Of a DNA stretch of 40,493 nt, positions 1-9,075 are shown piece after piece (the first letter of the stretch is position 1; each line of letters begins with the position of its first letter). The DNA lies in the NCBI GenBank assembly GCA_031261365.1, contig JAISJY010000080.1, forward strand, positions 1 through 40,493, given 5' to 3'. A program made the translations under genes and the position numbers. Source of the stretch: Bacillales bacterium. GTDB lineage: Bacteria > Bacillota_I > Bacilli_A > RFN20 > JAISJY01. Under the pieces are notes generated by a model that did no database searches, was not told the DNA's origin, and saw only the letters and a list, made by a program, of their open reading frames with translations.

Positions 1-228
1 AATAAGGTTATTGAAAAAAACAATTCAGTTTATGTTTCCTTTACAGGTAATGCTAGTCCTATTGATAATGGTGAAATATGTGAAACTTTTGCTTGTGTCT
101 ATATTCCTCAAAAAAATAAGACTATCGAATATCATAAAAACTATGTAAATGTTTCTAGAACTCGTATAATTTTAGATGCTTGTGATAGTGTCGCGAAAAT
201 TATTATTAAAGAAACCCTAAAATCATAA
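1..228 (+). CDS. cinA: CinA/PncC-family protein, C-terminal fragment (5' end outside window)
   Basis: Frame 1 is open from base 1 to TAA at 226-228. It is absent from the ORF track because there is no start in the window. My translation, ...VYVSFTGNASPIDNGE...NVSRTRIILDACDSVAKIIIKETLKS, fits the T-G-x-A-x-P segment and terminal helix of CinA C-domains. cinA directly upstream of recA is a common Bacillota arrangement. Confidence 0.5.
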   Translation, partial: NKVIEKNNSVYVSFTGNASPIDNGEICETFACVYIPQKNKTIEYHKNYVNVSRTRIILDACDSVAKIIIKETLKS

Positions 229-263
229 GGTAAAAACGGATGTTTAATTTATAAGGAGAAAAT

Positions 264-1259
264 ATGCCAGAAGAGAAAAAGTTATTTGATGAAGAGTTAA
301 AAAAGACCCTCAAAGACATTAGGAAATTGTATGGTGAGGGTTCAGTTATGGTTTTAGGAGATAGACAAAATATTAATGTTGATACTATTCCTAGTGGTTC
401 ATTATTATTAGATTGTGCTTTGGGAGTAGGCGGTTACCCTCGGGGAAGAGTTATTGAAATATATGGTCCTGAATCAAGTGGTAAAACTACTTTTGCTTTA
501 CATGCTATTGCTGAAGTTCAAAAAGAAGGGGGAAGAGCAGCTTTTATTGATGCTGAACATGCTATTGACCCTAATTATGCTTCTAGATTAGGAGTAATTG
601 TTGATGATTTAATTTTATCACAGCCAGATTATGGAGAACAAGCTTTAGAAATAGCAAATATGTTAGTGAAGTCTAATGCTATTGATTTAATTGTTATTGA
701 TTCAGTGGCAGCTTTAGTTCCTCAAGTAGAATTAGAAGGAGAAATGATAGATCAACAAATGGGATTACAAGCTCGTTTAATGTCTAAAGCTTTGAGAAAA
801 CTAACAGGTAATTTAAACAATAATAAATGTTCTATTATCTTTATTAATCAATTAAGAGAAAAGGTTGGCATAATGTTTGGTAACCCTGAAACAACTCCTG
901 GTGGTAGAGCTTTAAAGTTCTATGCAAGTATTAGATTAGAGGTTAGAAAAGGTGAAGCTATTAAAAACGGAACTGAGATGGTGGGTAATGTTGTTAATAT
1001 TAAGATAGTCAAGAATAAAGTGGCAGCTCCATTTAAATCAACTCAAGTAGAATTAATTTATGGACAAGGTATCAACACTAGTAAGGAAATATTAGATTTA
1101 GCAGTAGAGTTTGACATTGTTAAAAAGTCAGGTTCTTGGTATGAATATCAAGATGCTAAAATAGGACAAGGACCAGAAAAGGCTTTGACTTATTTAAAAG
1201 AACATCCTGAACAATTTGCTGAAGTTACTAGATTAGTTAAAGAGAAATTAGGCAAATAG
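264..1259 (+). CDS. recA: Recombinase RecA
   Basis: 331 aa. Walker [10 protein letters not shown], motifs [28 protein letters not shown] and [19 protein letters not shown] Shine-Dalgarno lies upstream of ATG 264. Confidence 0.98.
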   Translation: MPEEKKLFDEELKKTLKDIRKLYGEGSVMVLGDRQNINVDTIPSGSLLLDCALGVGGYPRGRVIEIYGPESSGKTTFALHAIAEVQKEGGRAAFIDAEHAIDPNYASRLGVIVDDLILSQPDYGEQALEIANMLVKSNAIDLIVIDSVAALVPQVELEGEMIDQQMGLQARLMSKALRKLTGNLNNNKCSIIFINQLREKVGIMFGNPETTPGGRALKFYASIRLEVRKGEAIKNGTEMVGNVVNIKIVKNKVAAPFKSTQVELIYGQGINTSKEILDLAVEFDIVKKSGSWYEYQDAKIGQGPEKALTYLKEHPEQFAEVTRLVKEKLGK

Positions 1260-1310
1260 TTTTTTAGAAAAAAGAATTATTTTGTCTTTTTATTTTAATA
1301 AATATAGAGA

Positions 1311-1340
1311 GTTTACTAGTTAAATATGCTGATTTTTAAG
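1311..1340 (+). repeat. Direct repeat copy 1 (GTTTACTAGTTAAATATGCTGATTTTTAAG), recA-rny island left flank
   Basis: 27/30 identical to 3884-3913 by hand alignment, with the first 20 nt identical. Same orientation, and both copies are intergenic. Confidence 0.9.
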
Positions 1341-1618
1341 TAATATTTGAAAACCTGTAAACAGTTTTATTTATTAAATATATAAAAAACAGTTGATAAA
1401 AATATAAAAAATGATAACATAATAGTATAAAGTACAAGCCAATTAAAAAATAATTTTTTGTCCGCTGAATATAATGGAGGTTAATATGGAAAAAGCTGGT
1501 TTTAAAAGACTTATGTTAATTGAATTAAACGATTTTAAAATAATCTTGCTTTAGCTAAGTTATTTAATTATGGTATTGTATATATCTTTAGATATTTTGA
1601 AAGGAAAAGAAAAGGCAT

Positions 1619-2038
1619 ATGAAGAAAATAGGTTTAATTACCACAATAATCATGTTAGCAATGACGGGGTGCAGTTTTGTAAAAAAAAATAATGTTTTTT
1701 CGAAACAAGAAGATAACATGAGTTTTACTTTTATTCAATTAAATGTTGTGACATATTTATTAGAACCGAATTTTATGGTTTCTTTTGGAGATACGGTTTT
1801 TTCAACAAGTACAATTCAATATAAGTATAACTATTTTTTTACAAGTAACGATTTATTGGAAGTTGAGAGCAAAATTGATTATATACTTCCTCCTTGCTTT
1901 GGAAGTCAATGTTATGGTTACTATATAAATACTGGTTACTTTAAAGAAAAAAACAATGATACTTATGAAAATGAAATCGGATATGATTTTTATATAACTA
2001 ATAATGCTACTTTTTATTACGGATATATAGGGGGTTAA
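1619..2038 (+). CDS. Putative lipoprotein, unknown function
   Basis: 139 aa. N-terminal MKKIGLITTIIMLAMTGC has a signal peptide plus a lipobox-like TGC. A purine-rich Shine-Dalgarno (gaaaggaaaag) lies upstream. It sits 13 nt before the next gene. Confidence 0.65.
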   Translation: MKKIGLITTIIMLAMTGCSFVKKNNVFSKQEDNMSFTFIQLNVVTYLLEPNFMVSFGDTVFSTSTIQYKYNYFFTSNDLLEVESKIDYILPPCFGSQCYGYYINTGYFKEKNNDTYENEIGYDFYITNNATFYYGYIGG

Positions 2039-2051
2039 GGAAAGGAAATTT

Positions 2052-3743
2052 ATGAAAAAAATATTATTTTTGTTAATGGGTATTGTTATTATTTCTAACA
2101 ATATTATTTTAGTTTCTGAAAATTATTATGTTAAAACAAACAATGTAGAAAATGAAGAATTTATAGGTATAGACGATAACTTATATTATTCTACAGAAGA
2201 CGGATATGATGACTATTCAACAGAAATTATTCCTCCACCTTTGGTTTTGCCACCAAAACAATTATTAATGCCACCTGGTGGAAGTGTTGTCGTAGATGAT
2301 AGTTATGTCCCAAATTCAACATTTATGGCAAATTATTATTCTCATTTAGGAAAAAACTACCCAACTAATCATTTAGGAATATGTGGATATACTGCAATTT
2401 CTATGCTCTTACTGTATTATGATACATATTGGAATGATAATTTTATTTTGGATAATTATGAACAAATAGAGCAAATGGAATCAACCACTTTTACTAACGG
2501 TGCTTCTCACAATTCACCTGGGGTTATTGATGATTTAAAATTTTCCCCAAGTATTGATAATCTTGTTTCATTAATACCATATCCTGTTGATTCTGTTGAA
2601 TTTAAGGCAGCATTGGATACAGCAATTATGGGTGAAATAATGACCTCAGTTAATAATCCAAATAGTTTTGCGGGGTTGTTGTTTTCTATTGCTCTTGAAA
2701 ACGGTTCTATTGTGCCTCATAATAATCCAAATTATTATAGCGGAAACAATAATTATCTTAATGGAATAGGTGTAAACAACACTATCATGAATAATGTATT
2801 AAGTGACTACATTTCTGGTAATAATAAGATAGCTAATTCTGTTACATATTCTACATCTGCGGCTGTAAATACTTCTGTTCAAGAAAAAAACAGAATTCGT
2901 AATGAAATTATACAAATTGTTCAATCTGGTAAACCTGTTATGGTTGGTGGAAATGGATATGATGATATAAATCATAATGGAACATTAGATAGTACTGAGC
3001 ATTCTTTTGGTCATGTTGTTGTCATTTATGAATATGATTCAACGGCGGACATTTTATATGGAAATATGGGGTGGGGAAATAATCCTAGTAATATGCACAG
3101 AAATATGGATGCTTTTTTTAATATAAGAATGCAAGATTATTGGAGTCTTAATATTGACTCTACACTTCCTCAATCTTATACTAATAATTACATTTTTTCA
3201 GATAAAAAAGTTACTTATAGTCCATATGGTGGTATGTACAAGACTCTTGTTCAAACAGATTATAATTTTGAACCTCAATATTTCTTTTATGAAAAAATAA
3301 ATACAATTAATTTGCCAGATCAATTATTAATAAATCAAGTAACTTTTACTAGATTAAGAACTGGGTACATTGAAAATCAAACAATTAATCTTTCTCCATG
3401 CAGAACTGGAGCAGGAAGTGCATATCTTGTTTATTATTTTAATAGACCAATAAACAGAATAAATATAAATATGAGTTGGTGGAGTTCTAACGAAAATGTT
3501 ACTCAAAATAATTCGGATTATAGAATAGAATATTTAGTTGGTTCTACATGGTTAACCGCCAAAGATTTATGGAGAGATATTACACTGTCAACAGATAGAT
3601 GGACACCTACAAATTTAGATATTAGTTTTATTTCTTCAATTAATTCTTTTAGAGTTAGTGCTGCGGCACCGTATAATGGGAATAATACCCATAATAAAGG
3701 TAGATTATGTATTTTTGATATGAAAGTATTTGTTGACCAATAA
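2052..3743 (+). CDS. Secreted protein with papain-like (clan CA, C47/C10/C39-like) cysteine peptidase core and C-terminal beta-rich domain
   Basis: 563 aa with an N-terminal hydrophobic signal or anchor and a Pro-rich linker (PPPLVLPPKQLLMPPGG). Candidate catalytic Cys lies in NHLGICGYTAISMLLLYY and candidate His in SFGHVVVIYEYD, followed by GNMGWGN. This resembles the staphopain and streptopain Cys and His contexts. The function is inferred from motifs only. Confidence 0.45.
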   Translation: MKKILFLLMGIVIISNNIILVSENYYVKTNNVENEEFIGIDDNLYYSTEDGYDDYSTEIIPPPLVLPPKQLLMPPGGSVVVDDSYVPNSTFMANYYSHLGKNYPTNHLGICGYTAISMLLLYYDTYWNDNFILDNYEQIEQMESTTFTNGASHNSPGVIDDLKFSPSIDNLVSLIPYPVDSVEFKAALDTAIMGEIMTSVNNPNSFAGLLFSIALENGSIVPHNNPNYYSGNNNYLNGIGVNNTIMNNVLSDYISGNNKIANSVTYSTSAAVNTSVQEKNRIRNEIIQIVQSGKPVMVGGNGYDDINHNGTLDSTEHSFGHVVVIYEYDSTADILYGNMGWGNNPSNMHRNMDAFFNIRMQDYWSLNIDSTLPQSYTNNYIFSDKKVTYSPYGGMYKTLVQTDYNFEPQYFFYEKINTINLPDQLLINQVTFTRLRTGYIENQTINLSPCRTGAGSAYLVYYFNRPINRININMSWWSSNENVTQNNSDYRIEYLVGSTWLTAKDLWRDITLSTDRWTPTNLDISFISSINSFRVSAAAPYNGNNTHNKGRLCIFDMKVFVDQ

Positions 3744-3883
3744 TTTTTTAAGATTTATCATCTAGATTTGTGTAAAATACTAATGGCAATTTTAAAAAGC
3801 GAGATGCTTTATAAAAGTTTTTATATATTTAAATAAAATAGTCAAACTTTTGTTAACTTTAATATTTTTTAATAACCATGTTA

Positions 3884-3913
3884 GTTTACTAGTTAAATAT
3901 GCTAATCTTTAAC
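3884..3913 (+). repeat. Direct repeat copy 2 (GTTTACTAGTTAAATATGCTAATCTTTAAC), recA-rny island right flank
   Basis: 27/30 identical to 1311-1340. It lies about 20 nt upstream of the candidate rny -35 box. Confidence 0.9.
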
Positions 3914-3932
3914 ATTACTTAACATAATAAAA

Positions 3933-3961
3933 TTGCTTATTTGTTTTTTTAGTAATATAAT
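3933..3961 (+). promoter_or_regulatory. Candidate sigma-A-type promoter for rny (TTGCTT-17 nt-TATAAT)
   Basis: TTGCTT at 3933-3938, a 17-nt spacer, TATAAT at 3956-3961, about 55 nt upstream of ATG 4018. Confidence 0.45.
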
Positions 3962-4017
3962 ATATTTGCAAAAAACTAATTTATTAGTGGGCATATTGAA
4001 AGGAATATATAAATACT

Positions 4018-5601
4018 ATGGAACCGTGGGTCGCAGTACTGATTGGCCTTCTTTGTTTAATAATTGGTAGTGGATTAGGTATATTTGTCGCTTATAGAAC
4101 CTCTTTTGGTGGAGTTAAAAAAAGACTTGAAGACTCTGCTAAAGAAGTTCAAAAAGCTACCGATGAAGCTAACATTATTATTAAGAATGCTGAAGTTGAA
4201 GGAAAAAAGTTGTTAATTGAAGCTAAAGAAAAAGCTGGGTATGAAGTTGAACAAGTTAATAAAGAGGCTAAAGAAAGAAAAGTTGAATTAAAAACATTAG
4301 AAAATACTTTATTACAAAGAGAACAATATTTAGCAAAAAGAGATGAAACATTAAACAAAAAAGAAGAGGTACTTGAAAATAAAAGTGAACAATTATCTAT
4401 TAGAGTAACAGGCTTTAAGATAAAAGAAGACGCTTTATTAGTTAAAGAAGGAAAACTAGATGCTGAATTAGAAAGAATTGCTGGTTTAACTAAAAATGAA
4501 GCTAAAAAAGAAATCATTGAACAATTTAAAGATAAACTTAATAGTGAATTAGGTTATTTAATTAAGTTACAAGAAGAAGAATTACACGCCAAAGAGGTGG
4601 AACTATCACAACAGATTTTAGCAACAGCTATTGAAAAATATGCTCAAGATGTGGTTACTGAAAAAACTATCACTGTTGTTCTTTTACCAAACGATGAAAT
4701 TAAAGGAAAGATAATAGGTCGGGAAGGTCGTAATATCAAGACATTAGAAGCAAAATTAGGAGTAGATTTTATTATAGATGATACTCCAGAAGTTATTCAA
4801 ATATCTTGTCATGACCCAATAAAAAGAGAAGTTGCTAGAATTACTTTAGAAAAGTTAATAAAAGATGGTCGTATTCAACCGGGCAGAATAGAAGATACTA
4901 TAGTTAAAGCAACAGATGAAGTAACAGATTCTATTAGAGAAGCAGGAGAAGAAATTATCTTTAAGTTAGGTTTAAGTAAAGTTAATCGGGAATTACAGTC
5001 TATCTTGGGTAAATTAAAATATAGAACAAGTATGGGACAAAATGTTTTGCAACATTCTTATGAAGTTGCTGTATTCTCTGGGTTAATGGCTGAAGAATTA
5101 GGTTTAGATGTAATGTTAGCTAAAAGAGCAGGATTATTTCATGATATAGGTAAAGCAGTTGACCATGAAAAAGAAGGAACACATGTAGAATTAGGGGAAC
5201 AAATAGCTCGTAAATACGGAGAACATCCGACAGTTATTAATGCTATTTTATCACATCACGGCAATATTCCAGCTGATAATCCTATTTCTTTATTAGTGAG
5301 TGCGGCTGATACTTTGAGTGCGGCTAGACCAGGTGCTAGAAATGAAAATCTAGAAAGATACATAGAAAAAATTGCTGCTTTAGAAAACATTTCAAAATCA
5401 TTTTCTGGAGTTGCTGAAGCTTATGCTATTCAAGCAGGAAGAGAAGTAAGAGTTATTGTTATTCCTGAAGAAGTTGATGATAATGCTTCTTTGATGTTAG
5501 CAAGGAATATTAAAGACAGAATAGAATCTGAATTAAATTATCCCGGACAAGTTAAAGTAACAGTTATTAGAGAAACTAGGGCGGTCGAGGTTGCTAGGTA
5601 A
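4018..5601 (+). CDS. rny: Ribonuclease Y
   Basis: 527 aa. N-terminal TM helix, Lys/Glu-rich coiled region, KH motif GKIIGREGRNIK, and HD domain LFHDIGKA...SHHG. Confidence 0.95.
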   Translation: MEPWVAVLIGLLCLIIGSGLGIFVAYRTSFGGVKKRLEDSAKEVQKATDEANIIIKNAEVEGKKLLIEAKEKAGYEVEQVNKEAKERKVELKTLENTLLQREQYLAKRDETLNKKEEVLENKSEQLSIRVTGFKIKEDALLVKEGKLDAELERIAGLTKNEAKKEIIEQFKDKLNSELGYLIKLQEEELHAKEVELSQQILATAIEKYAQDVVTEKTITVVLLPNDEIKGKIIGREGRNIKTLEAKLGVDFIIDDTPEVIQISCHDPIKREVARITLEKLIKDGRIQPGRIEDTIVKATDEVTDSIREAGEEIIFKLGLSKVNRELQSILGKLKYRTSMGQNVLQHSYEVAVFSGLMAEELGLDVMLAKRAGLFHDIGKAVDHEKEGTHVELGEQIARKYGEHPTVINAILSHHGNIPADNPISLLVSAADTLSAARPGARNENLERYIEKIAALENISKSFSGVAEAYAIQAGREVRVIVIPEEVDDNASLMLARNIKDRIESELNYPGQVKVTVIRETRAVEVAR

Positions 5602-6392
5602 TGAACATTCTTTTTATTGGAGATGTCTATGGACGACCAGGTCGTGAAATATTAAAAAAACATCTTCAAGAAATAAAAGATAAATATTTAATAGATTTTG
5701 TTATTGCCAATGTTGAAAACTCAGCACATGGTAGGGGTGTTAACACAGATATATATTTTGAATTAGAAAATGCTGGAGTTGACTGTATGACTTTGGGAAA
5801 TCATTTTGTTATAAATAATGAAAAAGAAACTATTTTTGAACAATGTCCTCGTTTATTGAGACCTTTAAATGCTTCTCCTTTATTAAACGGCTTAGGGACT
5901 AAACTATTTACTAAAAATGGTATTAATATTAGAGTAAGTAATCTTTTAGGCAAACTCTTTATTAATGAATTAAATCCTGATAGTCCTTTTTTAGCCATTG
6001 ATAAAGTTATTGAAAGAAATAAAGAAGCCATTCATATTATTGATTTTCATGCTGAAGCAACTAGTGAAAAAATAGCTTTAGGGTGGTATTTAGATGGGCG
6101 GGTTAGTGCAGTTTTAGGAACACATACTCATATTCAAACTTCAGATGAAAGGATTTTACCCAAAGGAACCGCTTATATTACTGATGCAGGTATGACAGGA
6201 CCTTTTAATTCAGTTATTGGAGTTGATAAAGATATTATTATTCAAAGTTTTCTAACAGGATTAAGAGAAAGACATGAAGTTGCAGATGGTCCTGCTCAAT
6301 TAAATGGGGTTATTTTAGAGGTTGATGAAATAACAGGTAAAAGTTTAAATATTAAAAGAATTATTATTAATCCAGAAAGGAATTTAAAATGA
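5601..6392 (+). CDS. ymdB: YmdB-type metallophosphoesterase (2',3'-cyclic-nucleotide 2'-phosphodiesterase family)
   Basis: 263 aa. Motifs ILFIGDVYGRPGR, NVENSAHGRG, LGNH, DFHAEATSEK and GTHTHIQT. It overlaps rny by 1 nt (TAATG). rny-ymdB synteny is conserved in Bacillota. Confidence 0.9.
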   Translation: MNILFIGDVYGRPGREILKKHLQEIKDKYLIDFVIANVENSAHGRGVNTDIYFELENAGVDCMTLGNHFVINNEKETIFEQCPRLLRPLNASPLLNGLGTKLFTKNGINIRVSNLLGKLFINELNPDSPFLAIDKVIERNKEAIHIIDFHAEATSEKIALGWYLDGRVSAVLGTHTHIQTSDERILPKGTAYITDAGMTGPFNSVIGVDKDIIIQSFLTGLRERHEVADGPAQLNGVILEVDEITGKSLNIKRIIINPERNLK

Positions 6393-7384
6393 AAATAGGC
6401 ATAATAGGGACAGGTGCTTGGGGTTCTGCTTTGGCAAATGTTTTAACTGATAATGGAAATGAAGTAATTTTATATGGCATTGTTGCTGAAGAAATAAATG
6501 ATATAAATACTAATCATAAAAACAGTAAATATTTAAAAAGTACTTGTTTAAATGTTTCTATTAAGGCAACAGATAAATTAATAGAAGCTGTTAAAGATAG
6601 TGAAATGATTATTTTAGCTGTGCCAAGTCAATTAATTGTAGAAATGGCAAATACAGTTATTTCTAACTTAAATACTAAACCTGTTTTAGTTAATGTTTCT
6701 AAAGGTTTTGAACCTAAATCACATTTAACTTTATTAACCGCGATTAGAAACTCTATAGATATAAGTAAAATTAAAGGATTAGTTTCTTTAATAGGACCTT
6801 CTTTTGCTAATGAAGTTGCAGTTAGAGATATTACCACAGTTTGTGCGGTTAGTAGAGATATAGAAATAGGTCAAATAGTTCAAAAGGTCTTTTCTAATTC
6901 TTATTTTAGAGTTTATTTAAATACTGATGAAATAGGTTGTGAAATAGGGGCAGCTATTAAAAATGTTATTGCTATTGCCTCTGGTATGTGTGTTGGTTTA
7001 GGCTATGGAGATAATACAAAAGCGGCCGTGATAACAAGAGGTTTAGCTGAAATAATAAGAGTTGGAGTAGCTTTGGGGGCTGATAAATCAACTTTTACAG
7101 GTCTAACAGGTATTGGAGATTTATTTTTAACTTGTTCTTCTAATAATTCTAGAAACTTTACAGCAGGTTATCAAATAGGCAAAGATAATTCTTCTCTTAA
7201 CTTTTGGAAAGATAATAAGAAAACTGTTGAAGGCGTTTGGGCATGTCAATATTTAATTGAATTAGCCCATAATAAAAAAGTAGAAGTTCCAATAACTAGA
7301 AGTGTTCATAATGTTTTATTTAATAATGCTAAGCCAAGTGAAGAATTGTTTTTACTTGTTTCTAGAGCTTTAAAAGAAGAATAA
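6389..7384 (+). CDS. gpsA: NAD(P)H-dependent glycerol-3-phosphate dehydrogenase
   Basis: 331 aa. Rossmann motif IGTGAWGSALA, plus GPSFA.EV, IKNVIAIA and GDL..TC. ATGA overlap with ymdB. Confidence 0.94.
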   Translation: MKIGIIGTGAWGSALANVLTDNGNEVILYGIVAEEINDINTNHKNSKYLKSTCLNVSIKATDKLIEAVKDSEMIILAVPSQLIVEMANTVISNLNTKPVLVNVSKGFEPKSHLTLLTAIRNSIDISKIKGLVSLIGPSFANEVAVRDITTVCAVSRDIEIGQIVQKVFSNSYFRVYLNTDEIGCEIGAAIKNVIAIASGMCVGLGYGDNTKAAVITRGLAEIIRVGVALGADKSTFTGLTGIGDLFLTCSSNNSRNFTAGYQIGKDNSSLNFWKDNKKTVEGVWACQYLIELAHNKKVEVPITRSVHNVLFNNAKPSEELFLLVSRALKEE

Positions 7385-8353
7385 TTATTTAAGAGTTAAT
7401 TTATATTTAATCCATTCATTATATTCTTGTTTTGGTTTCAAAATAATATCTCTATAAGTTTGATTTATACTATCTATTTCAAATTGTGGTTCAATAGCAA
7501 TGCCATGATGTTGTTGCATTTTAAGATTACCATCTAAAAGTTGTGGAGTAGTAAAATTATGGGAATATATTTGAACACCAGGATAAGAAGTTGTGATATC
7601 TAAAGATAAATCTTCACTACTTAAGTTTAAAAAAGGTTTAGTAAAAACAAAATGATTATCAATACCTTTATTAAGAGTATCTTTTAATAAGGTTAAAGAA
7701 TCTTTTAATTGTCTTGGTTTATTAAAATCAAAAGGAGTATTTTTAACATCTAAAAAATTACCTGTAGGTATTAATTCATTATCTACCTCAAGTATTTTAT
7801 CAGCAGATATTGTTAAATAATCATTTAAGATATTTCCATTATTACTTAATCTAAAATAAGAATGATTAGTAATATTAAGAGGAGTGGCTTTATCAGTAGT
7901 TGCTTTATAATTAATTAATAAAGTATTACCTTCTAATTTATAAATAACATCTAAAGTTAAATTACCGGGATAACCTTCTTCTTTATCGGCTGAAAAATAA
8001 GTAAATATTAGAGTATCTTTTTCTTCTTTTACTTTAAATATTTGAGACCAAAAACCTTTATTTCCTCCATGTAAAGAATGTTTATGAAGATAGTTTTTAG
8101 AAGTTTGATATTCTATTCCATTAACAGAAAACTTGCCGTCTTTTATTCTATTACCAACTCTACCAATAGTTTGACCATAAAAACCGGTATTTGAACCATC
8201 AATATAAGCAGATAAATCTTGATTAGTTAAAACTATATTTCTCTTTAAAGAATTAACTTCCCATTTGTAAATAGTTGCTCCTAAATCTAAAAAAGTAACT
8301 GTCATAAACTCATTTGCTAATTGATATTTCTTAATTTCCATAATATTCTCCAT
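7385..8353 (-). CDS. galM: Aldose 1-epimerase (mutarotase) family
   Basis: 322 aa. Motifs GRVGNRI, LHGG, ITNHSYF and AIEPQ are typical of the mutarotase fold. The start is ambiguous. ATG 8353 lies 6 nt after a TATAAT. ATG 8341 is preceded by GGAGA. Confidence 0.85.
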   Translation of the reverse strand: MENIMEIKKYQLANEFMTVTFLDLGATIYKWEVNSLKRNIVLTNQDLSAYIDGSNTGFYGQTIGRVGNRIKDGKFSVNGIEYQTSKNYLHKHSLHGGNKGFWSQIFKVKEEKDTLIFTYFSADKEEGYPGNLTLDVIYKLEGNTLLINYKATTDKATPLNITNHSYFRLSNNGNILNDYLTISADKILEVDNELIPTGNFLDVKNTPFDFNKPRQLKDSLTLLKDTLNKGIDNHFVFTKPFLNLSSEDLSLDITTSYPGVQIYSHNFTTPQLLDGNLKMQQHHGIAIEPQFEIDSINQTYRDIILKPKQEYNEWIKYKLTLK

Positions 8354-8572
8354 AGTTAAATTATATAGCGATTACCCTTATATTTCTAAGATAAATGAAA
8401 AGAAAGAGTATGAAACAATAATAAAATGCAATAAATCTAATATTTATTTTGTCTGTTGAGCAATATAAAAAGCACTCCTTTATTATTTTCTATTTGTACT
8501 TAAATATATTTAGCTATCTTTCGTTGCTTATAGTTTGTTATTGTTTTTGCTTTTCGCGGTTATTATCTACTG

Positions 8573-9046
8573 CTAAATAATTTCAATATCAGTGTGCCGT
8601 TTAATTGCCTCAACTATTTTATTTGTAGCCATTATTTGAATTTGTCCTTTTTGAGACCTTGCTTTTCCGATTGTCATATTATATAAACTAGTTTTTGAAA
8701 AAAATATCCAGCCTCCATAAAAGGGATAACCTTTATATCTTATTTCAACTATTTCTTCCCATGCTATTTGCTTTTTAAAAAATATTTTAAATAAAGAGGA
8801 CTTTACCCCATAATCAGATATTTCTATTACTTTGCAAAACTTTCCAATAGACCAAATAAATAGTCCAAATGGAATAATTCCAAACATTATAAATATAGAT
8901 ATGTCTAAAAAAACAGTTCTACCAGTCGCAATATCTGCAAAAAAGGATAAGTACATTATCAAAACTCCTATTAAAACTAGAAAAAGTGTTCCAAAAGGCA
9001 TAACCAATGAACAAATAAACTTTTCTTTTGTTTTTTCCTTATCCAT
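8573..9046 (-). CDS. Hypothetical membrane protein (2 TM plus small soluble C-terminal domain)
   Basis: 157 aa with two long hydrophobic segments and an AAGGAGAA Shine-Dalgarno upstream. I recognise no family. Confidence 0.55.
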   Translation of the reverse strand: MDKEKTKEKFICSLVMPFGTLFLVLIGVLIMYLSFFADIATGRTVFLDISIFIMFGIIPFGLFIWSIGKFCKVIEISDYGVKSSLFKIFFKKQIAWEEIVEIRYKGYPFYGGWIFFSKTSLYNMTIGKARSQKGQIQIMATNKIVEAIKRHTDIEII

Positions 9047-9075
9047 TTTATCTATTTTCTCCTTTGCTCTTGTTT

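Noticed and set aside
234-245. AAACGGATGTTT palindrome 19 nt upstream of recA, reminiscent of the Firmicute LexA (Cheo) box GAAC-N4-GTTC
   Set aside because: Both outer consensus positions (G...C) are replaced. A 4+4 A/T-rich inverted repeat is expected by chance in this composition. It also lies between the cinA stop and the recA Shine-Dalgarno rather than at an identifiable promoter.
1260-1300. TTTTTTAGAAAAAA inverted repeat after recA as a possible terminator
   Set aside because: The stem is pure A-T with a 2-nt loop, so it is not a credible intrinsic terminator.
4149-4517. Minus-strand ORFs in the track that lie wholly inside well-supported plus-strand genes (4149-4517, 5801-6031, 6628-6837, 17950-18156, 19189-19443, 20690-20875, 20784-20975, 24377-24586, 32772-33011, 33357-33545, 36828-37070, 1853-2101)
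   Set aside because: These are antisense shadows of strongly supported genes. Their translations are low-complexity and Ser/Leu/Phe/Ile-rich. They have no Shine-Dalgarno and no recognisable motifs.
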